A stretch of DNA of 64,000 nucleotides, from contig CALVNL010000003.1 in assembly GCA_944349655.1 (NCBI GenBank), forward strand, positions 15,252-79,251, read 5' to 3'. Under the pieces are notes generated by a model. That model did no database searches, was not told the origin of the DNA, and worked only from the letters and a program-made list of their open reading frames with translations. Shown piece after piece: positions 35,200 to 45,423 of this stretch. Within the stretch, counting starts at the first letter, position 1; each line of letters starts with the position of its first letter. Made by a program: the position numbers and the translations under genes. Source of the DNA: an uncultured Clostridia bacterium (GTDB lineage Bacteria > Bacillota > Clostridia > Christensenellales > DTU072).

Positions 35200-36705
35200 T
35201 TAACCTTTTATTAAGCCTGAATTAACAATTTTCAAATCAATGGAACCCGAAACGGTAACCTGTGCCGTGCCGTTTCCGTCCAAGGCGTTACCGTAGTACT
35301 CGTCGTCGCTACGGTCGGCATAAGTCCAACCCTCGCAGGGAGTAACTTTCAGGGTATAAGTTTTTCCTACCGCACTGCCGTCGAGTATGAATTCGTAATA
35401 ACCGCTTTCGTCGGTAACTACCTCCCCTATCTTTTCTTCTCCGCAATACAGCTCCGCTTTGACCGAAGCGAGACGGTTCATAAGTCTGTCGTCGTTTATC
35501 CCGTTCGCGTTCGCGTCGTTAAAGGCGAACCCGGCAATCTTAGGCACGGTAACGTCGGAATACAAAACGTCGTCGGTAAATACGTTTTCGGTATTGTTGC
35601 GTTCCATCGAGTATCTTGCGCCCTGTCTTGCGTAAACGTAAGGGGTAGGCGTCAGCGGCCCGAAAGCGTACTGCGTTCCCGTTAAGTCGGTTTTATCCAT
35701 AAACGGATCCGCCGACACCGTGTTGAAATACCAGGTTTTTCCCGAGGTATGCTGTAACCCCTGATCCATTCCCGCAAAAGCGTTGTTGAACTGTAAAAAC
35801 ATCGTATTGTCGTGGAGTTTTTTAGTGCTGCCGGGAGAAACTATATCGGGCAGATTGCTGACCATACTGCTCGCTATATATTCGGTGGCTATCCCCATAT
35901 CGTGGGCTTTTTTCGTAACTTCCACCGCATAATACAAAGGACCGCCTTCGTTCATCGGTTCGTTGAGCCAGGGGACGTTATACGCTTCGATACCGCCCGT
36001 AAATTCCAGATAAGCGTCGAAAAGACTCATTCTGTCGGGCAGAAATTCCTTATCTATCCAACCGTCTTCCAGCAAAGCGAAAAGATAACTCATCGACGCC
36101 ACTACGGTACTTCCTCCGAGACTCAATCCCGTAAGGCGTATTTCACTGCCTTTGAAAGTGTTTTTTCCCATAAAATCGAGGTAATATGCCACAAAACACT
36201 CCGCTATGCTGTAATTTAACAAATCCTCGCTTTCTTCCGTCCGTTGCCCGTCGTCGGCTTCGTACATAAAGTTGCCCGCGCCGCGTCCCCACACCTTGCG
36301 CGTTCCCACGTTCGGCATAAAATCGGAAAGCTGACTCCAACAGAATTCCGCCACGTTGTAACCTTTTTCCAGCCAGCCTACGGCGTTGGGGATAAGTTCG
36401 TTACTGTGGTAACCGAAAGGATACAACATTCCGTGAATAAATATCACCAAGGGTTTCGACGGGTCGTAATTCACCGTTTCTATCGGTTCGGTAGAACGCG
36501 TCATACTGCCGTCTTCGTTATAGAAAAAAAGTCCGAAAAGGCGTTCGTCGTCCAGTTTTTCGGGGATATAAATATCTTCGGGTCTGACGAATTCCACTTC
36601 GTGAGTTTCCTTTTCGGGAATAAATACTATGAGAAGCACCGCTAACAGTACAGCTAACAGCACGCAAGAAGTGACTATTGAAAAAATTTTCCACTTTTTA
36701 CTCAT
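35200..36705 (-). CDS. Membrane-anchored lipase/alpha-beta hydrolase with an SdrD-B-like C-terminal domain
   Basis: VIFIHGM, LTGLSLGGS (intact GxSxG, S195). C-terminal GFAFNDANANGINDD..TDESGYYEF. Confidence 0.7.
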   Translation of the reverse strand: MSKKWKIFSIVTSCVLLAVLLAVLLIVFIPEKETHEVEFVRPEDIYIPEKLDDERLFGLFFYNEDGSMTRSTEPIETVNYDPSKPLVIFIHGMLYPFGYHSNELIPNAVGWLEKGYNVAEFCWSQLSDFMPNVGTRKVWGRGAGNFMYEADDGQRTEESEDLLNYSIAECFVAYYLDFMGKNTFKGSEIRLTGLSLGGSTVVASMSYLFALLEDGWIDKEFLPDRMSLFDAYLEFTGGIEAYNVPWLNEPMNEGGPLYYAVEVTKKAHDMGIATEYIASSMVSNLPDIVSPGSTKKLHDNTMFLQFNNAFAGMDQGLQHTSGKTWYFNTVSADPFMDKTDLTGTQYAFGPLTPTPYVYARQGARYSMERNNTENVFTDDVLYSDVTVPKIAGFAFNDANANGINDDRLMNRLASVKAELYCGEEKIGEVVTDESGYYEFILDGSAVGKTYTLKVTPCEGWTYADRSDDEYYGNALDGNGTAQVTVSGSIDLKIVNSGLIKG

Positions 36706-36825
36706 CGGACGCCTCTTTTATATATTTTTAATTATTGTAACATAAATATAACTCCTTGACAACAATAAACCGCCCTTTTCGGGGAGCGGAAAACATTCAT
36801 AATGCGTGCGACGACGGATTTTTAT

Positions 36826-36854
36826 TTGACTAAGCGGATTTTTCGGGATAAAAT
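36826..36854 (+). promoter_or_regulatory. Candidate sigma-70 promoter for the ECF S-component gene
   Basis: TTGACT, 17-nt spacer, TAAAAT. ATG at 36879. Confidence 0.35.
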
Positions 36855-36878
36855 AAAGGTTCAAAGAGGAGAAGGACT

Positions 36879-37553
36879 ATGTTTAAGAATCTCGAATGGA
36901 AAAAATACACCCGTAGTCAGATAATATCGATGAACGCCGTACTTTGCGCAATGGTACTTTTGTTCGTCGCCATTCCCATTCAGATAGGCCCTTTGAGTCT
37001 CGCCGTGATACCGATTATCGCAATAATAATTTCCGCCGAAGTTTTAGGCTGGCTGAACGGAATGATTACCGGTTTGTTTTTCGGGTTGGTTTCTCTCGTC
37101 GGTCATTTCATCAGACCCGGCGTACTGAGTTTTGCTTTTTATAATCCCCTTATAAGCGTATTCCCGCGTATTCTGATCGGGCTTTTCGCTTATCTTACCG
37201 TAAAGGGGCTCACAAAACTTTTCCCGAAAATGCCTCTTCTTTTAGCCAACGCTTTCGGAGCTGCGGTAGGCGTACTGACCAATACCGTGGGAGTCCTCGG
37301 ATTTACCTTGCTGTTTTATTACGGCAGAGAGTTGGGAACGGGCGGCAGCGCTATCGGTTGGGAGTGGCTTGCCGGGGTCCTTCTCACCAATTCCATACTG
37401 GAAATAGTCGTCTGCACGGTGGTGACGCCTCCCGTCGTCCTTGCCGTCAACAAGACCCTTTCTCTGACCGCCGTAAGGAAGAAAACTTCCGATAAAGAAG
37501 TTGCCTCGGCGCCTCGCTCCGAAGTCGATAACGCCGAAAAAGACGCGGATTGA
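36879..37553 (+). CDS. ECF-transporter substrate-binding (S) component-like membrane protein
   Basis: Five to six TMs, ~200 aa core, NPLISVFPRILIG motif. The substrate cannot be called. Confidence 0.55.
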   Translation: MFKNLEWKKYTRSQIISMNAVLCAMVLLFVAIPIQIGPLSLAVIPIIAIIISAEVLGWLNGMITGLFFGLVSLVGHFIRPGVLSFAFYNPLISVFPRILIGLFAYLTVKGLTKLFPKMPLLLANAFGAAVGVLTNTVGVLGFTLLFYYGRELGTGGSAIGWEWLAGVLLTNSILEIVVCTVVTPPVVLAVNKTLSLTAVRKKTSDKEVASAPRSEVDNAEKDAD

Positions 37554-37574
37554 GTTTTTAACTGTTGAATTTTT

Positions 37575-37608
37575 GAAAAAAAGTCTCCGTTCCGACGGAG
37601 ACTTTTTA
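37575..37608. terminator. Bidirectional Rho-independent terminator between convergent genes
   Basis: A-run, AGTCTCCGT, loop TCCG, ACGGAGACT, T-run. Confidence 0.75.
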
Positions 37609-37611
37609 CGC

Positions 37612-40086
37612 TTAAAGCACGTTCCTTTCTATACTCTGTTTCTTCCGACGGAAAAGAGCCGACATAAGGTAAATGAATCCGTAAAAAGCCACGGCGCAAA
37701 CCGCCGTCACGGCAAGAAACCACGGGAAAACCGCAATCGTGGGAAATCTGTCTATTATTTCAGCAAAAACGGGTACGAGTAAATTCGCAATCAACGAAAG
37801 TCCCACGCCTACCGCCGCTCCCGACAACCCCACTATAAGGCTTTCGGCTAAGGACAGTCTGACGTATCCGCTTCCGTCAAGTCCTACGGATTCGTAGATA
37901 TTGTATTCTCTTCTCCTGCTCATTAAGGTCACGAGAGTGAGATTGACTACGCCTACCGACGCCACCGCCCCTATCAACACCTGAAGTATCTTAAGCAAAG
38001 TAACCACTCCGCGTATTCCTACGCTGGTTGCGTACGCCCAGTCCGTAAATTCCAGAATATAACATAGCTCCCCTTCCAGTCTGTCCCGAAGTTCACGGTA
38101 CAGGTCGTCGTCGGACACGTCGCTCCTTACTTTCAAGAATATCATTCCGTCGTCGGGAGTGTAGTCTTTTGCGTCGATACGGAAGGAACTGTTTCGGATT
38201 ATCATAACCCTGTCGTTACTCGTGACCGTTTCGTCTATACCTATCACGGTGAATTCGTCATACAGAGTACGTCCGTCGGAAAGCGTAAGCTTGATGACGT
38301 CGCCTTCCTTCAAGCCGAGGCGTTTCGCCATATCGTAACTTATAATTACGGGATTGAGCGTAGTGTCGAAGTTTGACTTAATCTCTTCCGTCCAACCTTT
38401 ACCTAGTCCCTCCAACCCCGAGGAATTATCGGTGCCGTAAACGGTATATTCCACATTTTGGGTATCCGTTTCCCATATAAAGGTATCGTAAAAATGTAAA
38501 TTTATATCTTCGATTCCGTAAACGTTTTCCAACGATAAACTTACTTTTTTCAAATCGGTCTGCGTAATCGGAGCGACTACGAAATCCGCGTTAAACCGTT
38601 CGTTTGCCGGCGTGACGGCTCCTATTATCACGTTGACGATACTGACTATTACGAAGGTAAAGACCACCACGAACCCGACCAGTCCGCTCAGAGTGCGGTT
38701 GAGCGGATTGCGTTTTATGCTCATAGATGCAAGTCCCGCGCTTCCTTTTTTCCCGAATAACGCCGAAACCGCTCTTAACACATAAGGTATCGCAAAGAAC
38801 ACGAATACCGCCGCAGCCGCCACTAAAAATACGGTGAATACCACGGTATAAACTTTTACGAAAGCAACGCACAATGCAGCCGCCGTCATAACCGCCGCCG
38901 AAATTATCAAAGGCAGAACGGACTTCGGTCTTTTTGACGCGCCTGTTTTATCGGAAGTAACTTTTCTTACCGAATCCCTGCTTGCTCGGAGAGAAGGAAA
39001 CAATGCGCTCAGTCCCGAAACCGCCGTCCCGAACAGAATACTGAAAAGATAATCGGTAAACCCGAAAGTAACGGCGTCGGGGAAGTTGGGGATTACGTTA
39101 TCGGCGACGAGTCCCATTCCTATCCTGCCTATAACGGTCCCTACGACGGCTCCCGCCAGTCCGTAAACGAGACCTTCGGCAAAGAGCATCGCAACTATGG
39201 TTCCCCTGGACGCTCCTACGGTACGGAACAGCATAAGTTCGGGTATTCTTTTCCGCGCCATAACCAAAAACGCCGTAAAGAGTATAAACGCCATCAATGC
39301 CGCCACGAAAATCAACGCAATATTCAATAACGTCTGATTGCTTCCCACGATACGGTCTATTTCGGCATAATCCACGCTTTCGCCGACCTCTATCCCTTCA
39401 CCCATTTTGGCTTTCAAGCCTTCTTCGAAGGCAGTTCTGTCGGCGTTATCGGTAAGTTTGATGTTGACGAGATTCAGAAGTCCTTTGTTTGCGAGGGTGT
39501 CGAGGTCCACAAGTAAATTGTTCACCACGCTGTTAGCGAAAATCCCGTAGTTTTCGAAAACGTACGTTACGGTAAGTTTGCGGTAAAGCTGGTACATTTC
39601 CACGTAAACTTCCACCACGTCCCCTGCCTTAATGCCGTTTTCTTCGGCAAATGAACGCCCTATCCATACCGCAGGATAGGAATAGCTGTATTCGTACGAG
39701 TCGTAAATTACCAGGCTCGACGCGTGTCGGGAAATATATGAAGTAAGATCCGTGGCTTCTATCAGAACCGCTTTGCTGACGTCGTCGGACGACGGACGGT
39801 ACAACGCTCCCGTCTGCATATATTTTTCGGTATATTCCACCGAGTCTGCGTTTTCGGACAGATATTCGTCTATCGCGGCTTCGGAAAACACTCCCCCCGA
39901 AACGCTGAGGTCGGTATCTCCTCCGAGACGGGCTTTCAGCGAAGTTTGCAGATTGGTAAAAAGTCCGCCCACGGTAAGAGTGGCAAAAAACATCGCCGTA
40001 ACCACGGTGACCGTCAAAAGTATCACCGCAAGTTGCGCCGCATTGTCCTTAATGCTTCTTATCGTATGGCTTAAAAGTAACCTCAC
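37612..40086 (-). CDS. FtsX/MacB-type ABC transporter permease (two FtsX modules)
   Basis: 824 aa. Two four-TM blocks, each preceded by a large extracytoplasmic domain. Adjacent to the ATPase gene. Confidence 0.75.
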   Translation of the reverse strand: MRLLLSHTIRSIKDNAAQLAVILLTVTVVTAMFFATLTVGGLFTNLQTSLKARLGGDTDLSVSGGVFSEAAIDEYLSENADSVEYTEKYMQTGALYRPSSDDVSKAVLIEATDLTSYISRHASSLVIYDSYEYSYSYPAVWIGRSFAEENGIKAGDVVEVYVEMYQLYRKLTVTYVFENYGIFANSVVNNLLVDLDTLANKGLLNLVNIKLTDNADRTAFEEGLKAKMGEGIEVGESVDYAEIDRIVGSNQTLLNIALIFVAALMAFILFTAFLVMARKRIPELMLFRTVGASRGTIVAMLFAEGLVYGLAGAVVGTVIGRIGMGLVADNVIPNFPDAVTFGFTDYLFSILFGTAVSGLSALFPSLRASRDSVRKVTSDKTGASKRPKSVLPLIISAAVMTAAALCVAFVKVYTVVFTVFLVAAAAVFVFFAIPYVLRAVSALFGKKGSAGLASMSIKRNPLNRTLSGLVGFVVVFTFVIVSIVNVIIGAVTPANERFNADFVVAPITQTDLKKVSLSLENVYGIEDINLHFYDTFIWETDTQNVEYTVYGTDNSSGLEGLGKGWTEEIKSNFDTTLNPVIISYDMAKRLGLKEGDVIKLTLSDGRTLYDEFTVIGIDETVTSNDRVMIIRNSSFRIDAKDYTPDDGMIFLKVRSDVSDDDLYRELRDRLEGELCYILEFTDWAYATSVGIRGVVTLLKILQVLIGAVASVGVVNLTLVTLMSRRREYNIYESVGLDGSGYVRLSLAESLIVGLSGAAVGVGLSLIANLLVPVFAEIIDRFPTIAVFPWFLAVTAVCAVAFYGFIYLMSALFRRKKQSIERNVL

Positions 40087-40104
40087 GCTTTCTCCTCTTT
40101 GAAT

Positions 40105-40959
40105 TTATTTTCCCTCTCGGGTATTTCCTTCCTCCGCACATACGTCTTCTTTGTCCTCGCAGGCGGATATTTTGTCTTCTTTGTCGATATTTTCTTCGTC
40201 CTTTTCCGTAACCGCTTCGTCGGAATCCGTCACAGCCTTTGCTTCATCGCTTTCGGTTGTTTGGTCTTCTGCAATACTTTCTTCGATAATTTCTTCGCTG
40301 ACGATAAGTCCGTCCTTTATTCTTATAAGGCGGTTGCCGCAAAGAGCGTTCTGCTCGCTGTGCGTAACTTGTAAAATGGTGGTGGAGGTATCCTTATTGA
40401 TACTCCGCAATAACTTCATAATATCTTCCGCACTCCCCGAGTCGAGGTTGCCGGTAGGTTCGTCGAGGAAAATAATATCGGGTTCGTAAATCAACGCTCT
40501 GGCTATTGCGGTACGTTGCTGCTCGCCGCCCGAAAGCTCGGAGGGCATTTTTTTAATAAGAGGCGTGATTTTCAGATAATCTGTTAAAAAGGTAAACTTT
40601 TCCCGATATTTCGAAGGGCTTTTCCCGTCTAAAACTATAGGAAGAAAAATGTTTTCCTCTACGGTGAGATATGGCGCGAGATTAAAAAACTGGAACACGA
40701 AACCTACTTTGGTCCGTCTGAGTTTGGCAAGGTCTTTTTCCTTGAGTTCGGACAGCGCCTTTCCTTCGAACAAGACTTTCCCTTCGGTCGGTGCGTCCAT
40801 TCCGCCCAGAATGGTAAGAAGGGTGCTTTTACCGCTGCCCGACGCCCCGAGTATGGAGATAAAATCTCCTTTACGTACGGCGAGGTCCACCCCTTTCAGC
40901 ACTTCCGTCTTGCCGTCGAAACTTTTTTTCACTCCGCTACATACGAGTATTTCCGTCAT
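40105..40959 (-). CDS. ABC transporter ATP-binding protein with an acidic C-terminal tail
   Basis: Trimmed to MTEILVCSGVKKSF (GGAGG RBS, ATGA overlap with the upstream gene). GASGSGKST, LSGGEQQR, IIFLDEPTGNLD. ~60-aa D/E-rich tail. Confidence 0.85.
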   Translation of the reverse strand: MTEILVCSGVKKSFDGKTEVLKGVDLAVRKGDFISILGASGSGKSTLLTILGGMDAPTEGKVLFEGKALSELKEKDLAKLRRTKVGFVFQFFNLAPYLTVEENIFLPIVLDGKSPSKYREKFTFLTDYLKITPLIKKMPSELSGGEQQRTAIARALIYEPDIIFLDEPTGNLDSGSAEDIMKLLRSINKDTSTTILQVTHSEQNALCGNRLIRIKDGLIVSEEIIEESIAEDQTTESDEAKAVTDSDEAVTEKDEENIDKEDKISACEDKEDVCAEEGNTREGK

Positions 40960-42302
40960 TGAACCTCCCCTGCCAAGTCGTACAATATCTGCGACGACCA
41001 CATATAAATAACCGACGCATTGAAAACGTCTGCGACGTCTTCCAACGCCCACAACGAACGGGCTTTGTCCGCCAAAGGAACTATACTTCCGTCCTTTTCC
41101 ATTCCGATTAAGGTATCGTAATCGTAATTCGTGTTTTCCATTTCGACCAGTGCGTCGAAAAATTCATCGGTAGCGTTCAGATGATTATTCAGTCTTTCCA
41201 AGAATTTTTCCGCCTCCAAACTTCCGCCCGACGTCAGAGTCTGCGCTTTATAGAGATTTTCGATAACGGATTTTATCTGTAAAGCGAGAGTTTCCCTGTC
41301 AACACAACCGAACTTTTCCCCGTAAGACAAAATAAATTCGTCCAGACCTTTGCCTACGGATTTTGCTATAAGCGACTGCGAATAGACTAAATCCGCGTCT
41401 TTACCCGTATCTGCGTAAAGTCTGCCCCATTCCACTTCTTCTGCACCCACCGATCTCAGTACGCACCCGAAAAGCGGAATAAGATACCCTATCTTTTCCC
41501 GCAACGCGGCTGTATAAACGTTTATTCTTTCGTAGTTATTCTTATCCTCGCCGTAATTCCAGCGAAGCAACAATACTTTTTCCAAAGTATCTACTCCCGC
41601 CGCACTTTCGGCTTTTAAGAATACCGTTCCCAGTTGATAAAAAGCCGCGCTCATTGCGTGGGAATCCACGTATTCGCCCGTGCCTTCCTTGACGTCGTTT
41701 ACCGTGGTGATAAAATACGCGGTATCTCCTATCAGACTCACGAAATTGTCTTTCCCGAAAGCCGACAAAAGCAAGGAATATTCCTGTCCGCCGTACAAAA
41801 CAAAATAATTGTAAAGAACCAGCCCGAATTCCTCGCTGGTCAGTCCGCTTTTATCGAACAGCCCGTCCAAAAAGGAACTCACGAATTCTAAACTGGTGGT
41901 TTCGAATAATTCTATTATTTGTTCTTCGGTCAAAGACGCGTTGTTCAAAGCGTCTATAAGCCCCGTAAGGTCGTTTTGGTTGACGGCGTCCGCCATACCG
42001 CCCAGTTTTTCGGCAGGTATCCTGGATATCGACATCGCTTCCACGATTTGGTCGGTAAAATTCGATACGTTTATTCCCGTAATTTCCGCCAAAAATCCGT
42101 TTACCGCGTCGCGGAATTTCTTGACGTAAATGACGTTTTCTTTAGTGGTATAATCCACAGGCGCGGTATCTATAAAAAATTCCGTCACGGGATCGGGACG
42201 ATTGGAATCCACGGCGACGTAAACCACTCCGCCTATAATCGCCAGAGTGACAAGTATCACCAAAGCTATTCCCACCGCATTCCTTTTTCCGTACGAAGTC
42301 AT
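40956..42302 (-). CDS. Membrane-anchored protein of unknown function
   Basis: 448 aa. N-terminal TM (VGIALVILVTLAIIGGVVYVAV). Helical-looking ectodomain. Confidence 0.6.
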   Translation of the reverse strand: MTSYGKRNAVGIALVILVTLAIIGGVVYVAVDSNRPDPVTEFFIDTAPVDYTTKENVIYVKKFRDAVNGFLAEITGINVSNFTDQIVEAMSISRIPAEKLGGMADAVNQNDLTGLIDALNNASLTEEQIIELFETTSLEFVSSFLDGLFDKSGLTSEEFGLVLYNYFVLYGGQEYSLLLSAFGKDNFVSLIGDTAYFITTVNDVKEGTGEYVDSHAMSAAFYQLGTVFLKAESAAGVDTLEKVLLLRWNYGEDKNNYERINVYTAALREKIGYLIPLFGCVLRSVGAEEVEWGRLYADTGKDADLVYSQSLIAKSVGKGLDEFILSYGEKFGCVDRETLALQIKSVIENLYKAQTLTSGGSLEAEKFLERLNNHLNATDEFFDALVEMENTNYDYDTLIGMEKDGSIVPLADKARSLWALEDVADVFNASVIYMWSSQILYDLAGEVQ

Positions 42303-42325
42303 AAATTCTTAACCCGATTTCTTTT

Positions 42326-44185
42326 TCAAAAAATAGTATTTATTACCGTCAAATTCCCGTCTTCATCTATTTCGAACAAGTAACCTGCCGAGTAAAGTTT
42401 ATTGTTTTCCAAAGTATATTCCGCAGAAAACTGTATTCCGCTCCCGTCCTCCCCTGCGCATAATTTCAATCCGTTTTCGTACACGAGGACGTAAACGTCT
42501 TCGTAAACGTACGTCTCAACGGGAGTTTCCCCTCCGAAGTCATACCAGTCGTAAGTCTCTTCGTCAATGTCGTAATCGAAAAGGAAGGACAGTTCGCACC
42601 CTGTCATATAAACTTTTACGTTCAGAAACCCGTTCGCAAACTCGTACCTGCCGTAGCCGAGGTCGGACAATTCCGCCGTCCCGTCCCGATAAAGATAAGC
42701 CGTCCACGAAAGAATGGGATCGGCGCTCGTCAAGACGTACTCGACCTCTCCTTCGGGCACGACTTCCAGCGTCAGTTCGCTCCGGTATCCGCAATAGATG
42801 AAATAAAAGATATACGTTCCCGTAACGGAGGTGTCGGCGTCGGCATTGTCCACGGAATAGTCTCCTTGCGACAAGAGGACGTATTCCGCCGTTTCGCCGT
42901 TCACTTCTTCATAGTAATTCACGAGGACGGTCTGCCCCGTAAAAGTAAGGGCGAAATACCCCTCCAGATCAGTTCCCTGGCTCACTCTGAAAACGGTATT
43001 GTCGAAGGTCACGCTCCTGACGTTGGTGACGGCGGGATCATAGAGTTCCGCCGTGACGGAATAATCTTTCCCGTAATACTTTACGGTAAAGGTTTTTATT
43101 CCCGCGGTAGTGAAATCCGCTTCTTCCGCTATCTCGAGCAAATCGAGACCGACCTCGTCGGTATAGCCGTAAATATCGGTAAAGCAAACCGTCATTTCGG
43201 GTAAACCTTCCTTAACCGTGCGATAATAACCTTTGTCGGTAAAAATTGAAATTATCTCCGCAGTTCCTTTTTCGTAAAACGTAATACTCACTTCGTAAAC
43301 GTAACCGTCGTAAATTATCCCGAAAGTCTTGTCTCCCGCAACAAGGGGGTCCACCTCTCCTTCGATAATATCTTCGCTCACTTTAACCGAACTGAAATTC
43401 CCTTCGGCGTCGGTAATTTCGAAATATAATTCTTCGGGAAAGGCACCGCATAATACGTGATGCAAATTGAGCCTTGCCGATTTTGCGTTAAAAACAATTT
43501 CTCCTGCAAAATTTTCTCCCGTAACTCCGTCGGGAAAACTCGAGGAAGCAAAACACAGTTTATCCGCATCGATTAAAGCAATATCCGCTTTTATTTCTAT
43601 AACCGTGGCAGGAAAGTATATACCGTTAAAATGAGTATCCGTAAAAGCGTTTTCGGATACCGAAACAACGAATTTACCTTCGAACTTTTCGGGGATTATC
43701 AAAAATTCGTCTGTGACTGACGACGCCGAAGTCAAAGCGTATCCGTCGCCGTAAGGAGCAAAGACCAGCCCCTTAGAGGAATACGCTTCTCCGCATTTTA
43801 CGCATTCGAGGAGGGCGTTATACTCGTGTCCTTCGCTCTCTATCACGTTTTCGAGTACCGTATCGCCGCAACGGGAACACACTTTCGAAACGCTGCCTTC
43901 CTCTGTGCAGGTAGCGGGTACGGTAACGGTTTGATATGAATGACCTTTGGCGGGAAGAGAAGACGTTTCCACGGTTCCGCACAAAAGGCAGGTCCTCTCT
44001 CTGTTCCCCGTATCCAAGCAAGTTGCGTCTTGCGTGACACTCCACTCCGACCAGGAATGGTTACATTCCGGAGTGGGCGAAGGCGGAACCACGACGGGCG
44101 AATCGTTCCCCTCTTCCGCGCAGGAAGCCAGAAGAAACATAAAGAAAAGCATTATTATGGTTAACGCTAATAATCTCTTTTTCAT
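42326..44185 (-). CDS. Lipoprotein with a Cys-rich CxxC repeat region and an LRR-like segment
   Basis: Lipobox LLASC. CNHSWSEW..ATCLDTG..CLLCG..GHSY..ATCTEEG..CSRCG..GHEY..CVKCG. Confidence 0.65.
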   Translation of the reverse strand: MKKRLLALTIIMLFFMFLLASCAEEGNDSPVVVPPSPTPECNHSWSEWSVTQDATCLDTGNRERTCLLCGTVETSSLPAKGHSYQTVTVPATCTEEGSVSKVCSRCGDTVLENVIESEGHEYNALLECVKCGEAYSSKGLVFAPYGDGYALTSASSVTDEFLIIPEKFEGKFVVSVSENAFTDTHFNGIYFPATVIEIKADIALIDADKLCFASSSFPDGVTGENFAGEIVFNAKSARLNLHHVLCGAFPEELYFEITDAEGNFSSVKVSEDIIEGEVDPLVAGDKTFGIIYDGYVYEVSITFYEKGTAEIISIFTDKGYYRTVKEGLPEMTVCFTDIYGYTDEVGLDLLEIAEEADFTTAGIKTFTVKYYGKDYSVTAELYDPAVTNVRSVTFDNTVFRVSQGTDLEGYFALTFTGQTVLVNYYEEVNGETAEYVLLSQGDYSVDNADADTSVTGTYIFYFIYCGYRSELTLEVVPEGEVEYVLTSADPILSWTAYLYRDGTAELSDLGYGRYEFANGFLNVKVYMTGCELSFLFDYDIDEETYDWYDFGGETPVETYVYEDVYVLVYENGLKLCAGEDGSGIQFSAEYTLENNKLYSAGYLFEIDEDGNLTVINTIF

Positions 44186-44237
44186 AGATTATATTATACT
44201 ATAATAATATTTAATTTGCAATAAGCCGCCCCGCAAC

Positions 44238-44268
44238 AAAAAAAGCGACGCGTCGTAAAACGCGTCGC
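44238..44268 (-). terminator. Rho-independent terminator of gap
   Basis: GCGACGCG / CGCGTCGC stem with an 8-nt loop. The plus-strand A-run is a T-run on the minus strand. Confidence 0.75.
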
Positions 44269-44292
44269 TTTCGAAATAGTTATTTTCGGTAA

Positions 44293-45363
<1,071 letters not shown>

Positions 45364-45367
45364 TTAT

Positions 45368-45402
45368 AAAAAAAAATGCAACTGTTTTAGTCGCATTTTT
45401 TT
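45368..45402 (-). terminator. Probable terminator of leuS (imperfect stem flanked by A and T runs)
   Basis: ATGCAAC / GTCGCAT stem with one mismatch. T-run on both strands. Confidence 0.4.
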
Positions 45403-45423
45403 CTTTGTTTTCAAAAAAATTCT

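Noticed and set aside
36706-36878. Looked for a riboswitch (THF, preQ1 or similar) in front of the ECF S-component gene. A CCGCCC..GGGGAGCGG hairpin is present.
   Set aside because: I could not match any riboswitch consensus by eye. Only a plain promoter is proposed. An Rfam scan would be needed.
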